Source: an uncultured Chloroflexia bacterium
Lineage (GTDB): Bacteria > Chloroflexota > Anaerolineae > CG2-30-64-16
Assembly: GCA_963774265.1 (NCBI GenBank)
Contig: CAVZDU010000001.1
Coordinates: 928,001 to 992,000, forward strand
Direction: 5' to 3'
DNA: 64,000 bases
In this document: positions 56,363 through 64,000 of the stretch, piece after piece
How positions within the stretch are numbered: the first letter of the stretch is position 1
Layout: each line of letters opens with the position of its first letter
Translations under genes and position numbers: made by a program
Notes under the pieces: generated by a model
Databases searched by the model: none
What the model saw: the letters and a program-made list of their open reading frames with translations, nothing else
What the model was told of the DNA's origin: nothing

Positions 56363-57336
56363 AGTCACTGGATCGAGTACTCTATCTGTCACGAGCCGAC
56401 GTTGAGAAAACCAACGTTTCGATGAGCGAAGTTATCGATGCGCTTGCGGTGGCCTTCCGCGAGCATGGGCTGGGCCATACGGAGATGCCTCCCAAGCCAG
56501 GCATCCACACTCAGCCCGACGCCTTCATCCATGCGATGCCGGCCTACATCCCCGCCCTGCATTCTGCGGGCATCAAGTGGGTGGGCGGCTATCCCACCAA
56601 CCAGGCGAAGGGGTTGCCTTACATCTCCGGGCTGCTCATTCTCAACGATGATGAGACAGGCATCCCGCTCGCGGTCATGGATTGCTCGTGGATCACCGCC
56701 ATGCGCACGGGCGCGGCGAGCGCCTTATCCGCGCGCTACCTGGCGCGGCCCGAGTCGGAGACCGTCGGCATATTGGGCTGCGGCGTGCAGGGGCGCACCA
56801 ACCTCGAAGCGTTGAAGTGTCTCTTCCCGGTGAAGCGCGTCTTCGCCTACGATCGGGTCCCGGAGGTCAGCAAACGCTACGCACAGGAGATGGGCGAGCG
56901 GTTTGGCCTGGAGGTGACCGCGGTCAATAACCCGCGGGAGGCTGTGACCGGCTGCGATATGGTGGTGACCGCGGGCCCGATCCTCCATACGCCCCACGCC
57001 ACGATCAAGGCGGGGTGGTTGGACGCCGGCGCGTTCGCATCCCTGGTGGACTACGATTCCTTCTGGGATGGGGCTGCGTTGCAGCAAGTAGACAAATTCT
57101 GCACCGACGATGTGCCGCAGCTGGAGTATTATCGCAGCATCGGCTACTTCCAGTCGATCCCGCCCATTCACGCCAGCCTGGGCGAGTTGGTCACGGGCCG
57201 TAAACCGGGCCGCCAGTCGCCCGAGGAACGCACCATCGGCTGCAACCTCGGCCTGGCGCTGGATGACATGGCGACCGCGCCGATCGTGTTCCGCCGCGCG
57301 ATGGAAAAGGGCATGGGGACCTGGCTGCCGTTGTAA
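56359..57336 (+). CDS. Ornithine cyclodeaminase/mu-crystallin family enzyme
   Basis: HAMPA, GIKWV, ITAMRTGA, GCGVQG and GLALDD motifs. Confidence 0.92.
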   Translation: MKSLDRVLYLSRADVEKTNVSMSEVIDALAVAFREHGLGHTEMPPKPGIHTQPDAFIHAMPAYIPALHSAGIKWVGGYPTNQAKGLPYISGLLILNDDETGIPLAVMDCSWITAMRTGAASALSARYLARPESETVGILGCGVQGRTNLEALKCLFPVKRVFAYDRVPEVSKRYAQEMGERFGLEVTAVNNPREAVTGCDMVVTAGPILHTPHATIKAGWLDAGAFASLVDYDSFWDGAALQQVDKFCTDDVPQLEYYRSIGYFQSIPPIHASLGELVTGRKPGRQSPEERTIGCNLGLALDDMATAPIVFRRAMEKGMGTWLPL

Positions 57337-57403
57337 AGGATACAAGGAAGAAGGAAAAAGGAAGATCGAGTGGATGATCTTCCTTCTTCCTTTTTCCTTC
57401 CGT

Positions 57404-57760
57404 CTACTCCACCTCACGCGGCTCCAGGAGCAGCTGGATGCCGTCCAGTACCTGCCGCACCCGCTTGGGTGAAAGTGTGCCGATGTATTCGCCCAACTGC
57501 GATTTATCCACTGTCAGGAGTTGCGAGACATTGGCCACGCTGGGCTTGGGAAGATGGGCTTCGCCTTGAGCGAGGAGAAGGTTGCCGGGTGCGCTGGCCC
57601 GTTTGAGATTCGAGGTCAGGGTGCAAACCAGGACCGTACGAATCTGGCTGCGATTGAACAGGTTGTTCTGCACGACCAGGTGGGGGTGTCTGTATCCTGG
57701 CTCCGAGCCCGATGGCTCACGGAGGTAGAGCCAGTACACGTCGCCCTGGTTGATCACCAT
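57404..57760 (-). CDS. MazF/PemK family toxin
   Basis: QGDVYW, GSEPGYRHP.LVVQ, LTSN and SVANVSQLLTVDK motifs. Confidence 0.92.
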   Translation of the reverse strand: MVINQGDVYWLYLREPSGSEPGYRHPHLVVQNNLFNRSQIRTVLVCTLTSNLKRASAPGNLLLAQGEAHLPKPSVANVSQLLTVDKSQLGEYIGTLSPKRVRQVLDGIQLLLEPREVE

Positions 57761-58008
57761 TCGTCCTCCAGGTGGCGCGCATAGCTTTCCCTCGACTCGC
57801 GCAGAACGACCAGCTCTGCAGGGGTGGGTTCCTCAGCATAGGCCGCGTTGAGACTGGCGAGCAGTTCCTGATTCTTCTGCCGGCGAATGTAGTCTTCCAA
57901 CGCCAGCGTGAATAGCCCGCTGCGCGAGACCCTCATCTGACGCGCCAAATCTTCGGCCTGTTCAAAAAGTGACTTACGAATCGAGATTGCGGTCTTGACG
58001 TTCTCCAT
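57754..58008 (-). CDS. RHH-type antitoxin
   Basis: KTAISI...SRS.L...AL; overlaps the toxin start. Confidence 0.88.
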   Translation of the reverse strand: MENVKTAISIRKSLFEQAEDLARQMRVSRSGLFTLALEDYIRRQKNQELLASLNAAYAEEPTPAELVVLRESRESYARHLEDEW

Positions 58009-58011
58009 CCT

Positions 58012-58063
58012 GTTATACTATCCTTTCTACTGGTAGTATAACCGGAGGAAAAGAGGAAGTCAA
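58012..58063 (-). promoter_or_regulatory. TA promoter with autorepression palindrome
   Basis: TTGACT-17-TATACT on the minus strand; GTTATACTA-N13-TAGTATAAC at 58012-58042. Confidence 0.75.
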
Positions 58064-58074
58064 GGGCGAGATCC

Positions 58075-58122
58075 AGGTGCCCGGCACTTCAGCGATCCAA
58101 GGATCGCAAGTGCCGGGCACCT
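58075..58122. repeat. Intergenic inverted repeat (copy 2)
   Basis: AGGTGCCCGGCACTT...AAGTGCCGGGCACCT. Confidence 0.8.
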
Positions 58123-58132
58123 ACTTGGGCGC

Positions 58133-58843
<711 letters not shown>

Positions 58844-58858
58844 GGAGTGAGAGGATCG

Positions 58859-58882
58859 GTAGGGGCGACCCGCCGGTCGCCC
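58859..58882. repeat. GTAG-type REP-like hairpin
   Basis: GTAG-GGGCGACC-CGCC-GGTCGCCC in the livG-livF spacer. Confidence 0.7.
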
Positions 58883-58903
58883 GCGCTGGGTCAGTTGGAT
58901 CTT

Positions 58904-59671
58904 TCATTCGCTATCCTCGCGGCCCAGGTAGGCCTCGATCACGCGCGGGTTCGCCTGCACTCCGCGGGCGTGCCTTCGGCGATCTTCTGTCCGTTGTCCA
59001 GCACCATCACCCGATCCGAGACGCCCATCACCACCTTCATGTCGTGCTCGATCAGGAAGACGGTGACGCCGGTGTCGCGAATCTTGCGGATCAGCGCCAT
59101 CAGCTCGGCGCTTTCTTGTTCGTTCAGCCCGGCGGCCGGCTCGTCCAGGACAAGCAGCTTGGGATCGGTGGCCAGCGCGCGCGCGATCTCCACCCGCCGC
59201 TGGTCGCCGTAGGGCAGGTTCTTGGCCAGCTCATTGCGATACTGCCAGACGTTCATGAAGCGCATGTGGCGCTTCGGCCTTAGGGCGGATGTCCTGCTCT
59301 TCGCGTGCTGCGACGGCAGACGGAAGATCGCGCCGGCAACGCCCGGCATTGCTCCGGCAATCCCGGCCCGACATGACGTTCTCCATCACGGTCAGATGCG
59401 GGGAAGAGCCGGATGGTCTGGAAGGTGCGGGCGATGCCCGCCCGGCGATGGCGTGCGGCCGCTTGCCGACCAGGCTGTTGCCCTCGAAGACGATCGTGCC
59501 TTGGTCGGGCTGGTAGATGCCGGTGATCAGGTTGAACACCGTGGTCTTGCCCGCGCCGTTCGGGCCGATCATGCCCAGGATCTCGCCCGTCTCGATGTAC
59601 AGGTCGACATTGGACACGGCCATCAGGCCGCCGAACGACCGGGATAGGGACTGAACTTCCAGGAGCGACAT
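58904..59671 (-). CDS. livG: Branched-chain amino acid ABC ATPase (frameshifted)
   Basis: [31 protein letters not shown] and DEPAAG motifs. Confidence 0.9.
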
Positions 59672-59679
59672 AGACTCTC

Positions 59680-60674
59680 CTACACAGCCTGGGCAACTGG
59701 CGCGTCTTCTTCCTCGCCCATCTCTATCGCCACGCGCCGGCTCGGCCACAGGCCCATCGGGCGGAAGATCATCATCAGCACCATGGCCAGGCCGACGAAC
59801 CCATCGCGCCAGTCCTTGACGAAGCGGAACAGCTCCGGCAGGATCACCATGCCGACCGTGCCGACGAACACGCCGGGGATCGAGCCGGTGCCGCCCAGCA
59901 CGACGATGCAGAAGATGATGACCGATTCCAGGAAGCGTGCTCATGTCGGGCGAGATCACGGTGATGCGGCTGGCGTAGAGCGCGCCGGCCAGGCCCGCCC
60001 AGGCCGAACCCAGCAAGAACGCGATCGCCTTGACGCGCACGGTGTCCACGCCCATCGCCTCGGCCGCCACCTCATCCTCGCGCACGTACGTCCAGGCGCG
60101 CCCCAGCCGCGAGTTCTCCAGCCGGCGCATGGCGATGATGGTGATGACGACGAAGAACAGGACCAGGTAGTAGTGGCTGAGGGTCGTGTGGAACGTGAAG
60201 CCGAAGATGCTCGGCTGGTCGATGCCGAAGAGGCCGTTCGCGCCGCCGGTGATGCCGCCGACGTTGTTGACCAGCAGCATGCGCACGATCTCGCCGAAGG
60301 CGATGGTGACGATCGCCAGGTAGTCGCCGCGCAGGTGCAGGATCGGCCGGGTGAGCACGAAGCCAGCCACGCCGGCCACCACGATCGCCGCGATCATCCC
60401 GAGGAAGATCGGGCACGCCGAGCTAGAGGTTCAGGATCGCGACCGTGTAGGCGCCGATGGCGTAGAAGGCGGCATGACCGAGCTGGAACAGGCCCGCATA
60501 GCCGACGATGATGTTCAGGCTGAGGCCGAGCGAGGACATAGATGCCCGCCTGCCACAGCACCGCGCGCAGGTAGTTGTCCAGCGGCAGCGGCAGCAGGAT
60601 CGCGATGACCAGCAGCACAATCAGACCAGGCAGTCGTGGGTATGCGCCGGAGGCGGAGTCAGGAGGCCGTTCAT
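59680..60674 (-). CDS. livM: Branched-chain amino acid ABC permease (frameshifted)
   Basis: [25 protein letters not shown] and SRLGRAW motifs. Confidence 0.9.
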
Positions 60675-60682
60675 GGTCTTCC

Positions 60683-61595
60683 TCACAGCTTCTCCGCCAC
60701 CCGCTCGCCCAGCAGGCCGGTCGGGCGCACGATCAGGATCAGCGCCAGCAGCACGTAGGCGATGACGTCCTTCCACTGGGGCGAAATGTAGCCGGCGCCC
60801 AGGCTCTCGACGATGCCCAGGATCATGCCGCCCAGCATGGCGCCCGGGATGTTGCCGATGCCGCCCAGGATGGCGGCGATGAACGCTTTCAGGCCGAACG
60901 TCAAGCCCAGCGTGAAGTCGAACGAGCCGTAGTACAGGGCCACCATGATGCCGGCCGCCGCGCCCAGCGCCGGGCCGATCAGGAAGACGATCGTGATGAT
61001 GCGGTTGACGTCGATGCCCATCAGGCGCGAGGTGTCATGGTCGAGCGAGACGGCCCGCATCGCGGTGCCGACGCGCGTGTAGTTCACGAAGAGCCAGAGG
61101 ACGCGCCATCAGCACGAAGGAGACCGCCAGCAGCGAGGATCTGCATGGTGCCGACGCGTCACGTCGCCGATCAGCGTGATGCCGCCGGTCGGCGCGACGC
61201 CGCTCGGGTAGGTGATGTAGCTGGCGCCGTAGATGTTGCGGGCCAGGCTCTCCAGGATGAAGGCCGCGCCCAGGGCCGAGATGATCGGCGGCAGGCGGCC
61301 CGCGTGGCGCAGCGGACGGTAGGCCGTGCGCTCCAGCAGCACGCCGACCAGCGCGACGATCAGCATCGCGCCGATGATCACCGGGACGATCATCCAGGGC
61401 CCGCCGCGCAGACCCAGCCCCAGCAGCAGGCGTCAAGCCGGTGTAGCCCAGGTACGCGCCCCACATGAAGAGGTCGCCGTGGGCGAAGTTGATCAGCTTG
61501 AGGACGCCGTAGACCATGGTGTAGCCCAGGGCCACCAGCGCGTAGAACGCGCCGATGGTCACGCCGTTGATGATGTTCTGGGCGAGTAATTCCAT
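60683..61595 (-). CDS. livH: Branched-chain amino acid ABC permease (frameshifted)
   Basis: LVALGYTMVYGVLKLINFAHG and KAFIAAILGGIG motifs. Confidence 0.92.
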
Positions 61596-61726
61596 GTGGG
61601 CCTCGACAACGTTGAAGATGGAAGATGCGAAGGATGGAAGATGCGAAGAGGGAAGATTGAAGATCGGCGATCCGTTTCGTCGCCAATCTTCAATCCATAA
61701 TCCTCAATCTTCCATCCGAGTTACGG

Positions 61727-62881
61727 CTACTTCGCGTACGGCACGAACTCGCCCTCGTCGTCGATGACGTAGGCCTTGTGGATCGTGCCCTGGCGGTCGC
61801 CCTTCTCGTCGAAGCCGAGGATCGGGCCGGTGATGCCCGGGTAGTTCTTGAAGCTCCTTGTGCAGGTACTCCGCCAGCACCTTCGGATCGGTGGACTTGG
61901 TCTGCTCGATGGCGTACTTGATGACGCGGAAGGCATCGGCAGCCATCACCGTCCACACGCTGGCTCGGCTCTGCGTTGTACTTGGCCTTGTAGTCGGCGA
62001 GGAACTTCTTGGCCTCGGGGTAGTCCAGGTCGCTCGGCAGCGGCTCGGTCGTGGTGATGACGCCCTTGGCGTTCTCGACGCCGGCGATCTTGATCAGATC
62101 CGTGTTGTTCATGGCGTTGCCGCCGGTCCACTGCAGACGTCATGCCCAGCGCCTGCGCCTGCTTCAGCAGCAGGCCACCCTGGGCGTAGTAGCCGGTGAA
62201 GTAGATGACGTCCGGGTTCAGCGCCTTGAGCTTGGTCAGGGTCGGGCTGAAGTCGTTGTCCTTCGGGTTGATGGCATCGTAGAAGACGGCCGTGACGCCA
62301 AGTGCTTCCAGGTACTTCTTGGTCGCCTCGGCCAGGCCCTGGGCGTAGGTCGAGTTGTCGTGCAGGATGGCGATGTTCTTGTAGCCCATCGTCCTTGACC
62401 ATGAAGTCGGCCGCGAAGAGGCCCTGGCGGTCGTCCAGGAAGCAGACGCGGAAGAACTGCGTTGTACCCTTGCTCGGTCAGCCGGGTGGCCGTGGCGACG
62501 GGCGTGATGTGCAGGATGCCCGCCTCGTTGTAGATGGCGGAGGCCGGCTCGGTGGCGGTGGAGTTGTAGCCGCCGATCACCGCGATGACCTTCTTGGAGA
62601 CCAGGCGGTCGGCGACCAGGGAGGCCTCTTTCGGATCGCCCTTGTCGTCCTCGACGAGCAGCTCAACCTTCTGGCCGTTGATGCCGCCCGCCGCATTGGT
62701 CTGATCGACCAGCAGCTGGACGGCTTTCTTGAAGCCCTGGCCTTCGTGGGCGTAGTCGCCGGTCATCGGCCCTTGCAGGCCGATCTTGATGGTGTCGCCA
62801 CCGGCTGGTGCCGGCCGGGGCGCAGCTTGTCAGCGCCAGGGTCAGGGTGACGACGAACAGGATAACAAACAGACGCTTCAT
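61727..62881 (-). CDS. livK: Branched-chain amino acid ABC substrate-binding lipoprotein (frameshifted)
   Basis: Lipobox LTSC, GPMTG, NAAGGING, EDDKGDP and HDNSTY motifs. Confidence 0.88.
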
Positions 62882-63122
62882 AGGGATTGCTCCTCCTTCA
62901 GGAATGGGACGGTTTGGTTGCGGTAAACGAAGTCGACCATGCCGAAGCATCGACCGGGGCATGTTGTGGGTTGGCGATGTCTTCACCCCCTTTCGCGGCG
63001 GAACGCTTTGGAAGATAGGGCGATTATACAGGTAAAGCCTGTCAACGTCAATGTGGCAAAAACTGAGGCTCTCCGCTGGCATGGGATTGTGATTAATGCT
63101 ATGATTGCTGACGAGGAGTGCT

Positions 63123-64000
63123 ATGTTGAGCCGGCTTTTTCTCCCTAACCTTCGTTCGCGGCTTGTGGCAGTCGTTTTTCTGGCGCTAATGCCTGCGTTC
63201 GTGCTGCTGATTGCGCTCTCGGCGCTCGAGCGCGATCGGGCGGAAGAGAGCGCGCGCCTCGAAAGCATGGCGCTGGCGCAGCTACTTAAGACCCAGTACG
63301 AGGGGATCATCACCGATACGCACCAGTCGTTGCGCTGGCTCTCGGACTATCCCGAGCTCACCGGCGGCGACCGCGCGGCCTGCAACGCGCGGCTGCAGCG
63401 TTTTCAGGAGGTCACGAACGATCTCCTGGTCTTGAGCGTGTCTGACCCCAGCGGCGCGGTCTTCTGCGATAGTTCCGATCGTGCGGCCCCCGGTGGCCGC
63501 ACCGTGGCAGATCAGCTCTTCTTCCGGCGGGCCGCGGAGACCAGGGCGTTTTCCATCGGCAATCTGCAGATCGATGAGGCGTCCGGCAGGCATCACCTGA
63601 CCGTCGGCTATCCCATCCTCGACCAGGCCGGTGACGTGCAGGCCGTCATCGGTGCAGGGCTGGACGTCGCGCAACTGGGCCTGCGCCTGACCAACACCCA
63701 GTTCTATCAGTACGCGTCGCTCCTGCTCATCGACCGCACCGGCGACGTCATCCTGCGCTATCCCGATCCGGAGCGATTCATCGGACAGAATGTGGCGGAC
63801 AGGGAGCTTTTCAAGCAGGTGCAGGCTCGCCGCGAAGGCTGGACGAAAGCACCCGGGCTAACCGCCGTGCGCCGGATTTTCGGATTCACCGCCATTGGCC
63901 CTGCCGATGCACCGGATCTGTATGCGCTCGCGGGGCTCAGCGAGGAGTACGTCTTCTCCGGCGCCCAGCGGATGCTGCGGCTCAGCCTGACCGGCCTGGC
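63123..64000 (+). CDS. Membrane sensor protein with extracytoplasmic Cache-like domain (partial)
   Basis: TM helix, then ...ADQLFFRRA..., LIDRTGDVILRYP, and a second TM beginning at the window edge. Confidence 0.75.
   Translation, partial: MLSRLFLPNLRSRLVAVVFLALMPAFVLLIALSALERDRAEESARLESMALAQLLKTQYEGIITDTHQSLRWLSDYPELTGGDRAACNARLQRFQEVTNDLLVLSVSDPSGAVFCDSSDRAAPGGRTVADQLFFRRAAETRAFSIGNLQIDEASGRHHLTVGYPILDQAGDVQAVIGAGLDVAQLGLRLTNTQFYQYASLLLIDRTGDVILRYPDPERFIGQNVADRELFKQVQARREGWTKAPGLTAVRRIFGFTAIGPADAPDLYALAGLSEEYVFSGAQRMLRLSLTGL

Overview
A 64-kb GC-rich bacterial window. Gene content and style suggest an anaerobic Chloroflexota/Anaerolineae-like organism (inference). It is probably an unpolished long-read assembly, because many essential genes carry single-base frameshifts. 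1-7 kb: a partner-switching signalling operon (STAS protein, cNMP-PP2C phosphatase, multi-GAF histidine kinase), a split fumarate hydratase, and trxA-ECF sigma-anti-sigma. 7-24 kb: translation core with tRNA-Val, a Thr T-box, thrS, infC (AUU start)-rpmI-rplT, a TrmH-family gene, a complete IS4-family element, PIN/TRAM, cysS, rlmB, tRNA-Thr/Tyr/Thr, tuf, rpmG, tRNA-Trp, secE, nusG and rplKAJL. 24-28 kb: VanW and miscellaneous genes. 28.4-57.3 kb: a co-oriented catabolic island with two promoters that share one palindromic operator. Unit 1 is metallophosphoesterase, APC permease, nucleotidyltransferase-like protein, AOR and Fe-ADH. Unit 2 begins with a cobalamin riboswitch whose architecture looks ACTIVATING. 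It continues with a Liv-type ABC transporter, a three-subunit flavin amino-acid dehydrogenase, a pterin methyltransferase, two pyrrolysine-free MttB methyltransferases, two corrinoid proteins, DUF1638, a hydantoinase-like protein, a RACo/RamA-type activator (with two in-frame REP insertions), two GntR regulators, EamA and an OCD/mu-crystallin enzyme. 57-64 kb: a MazF-type toxin-antitoxin pair, a second liv operon and a partial sensor protein. The best novelty candidates are the B12-ON riboswitch over a B12-dependent N-demethylation pathway, and the phosphoesterase/permease/nucleotidyltransferase triad.
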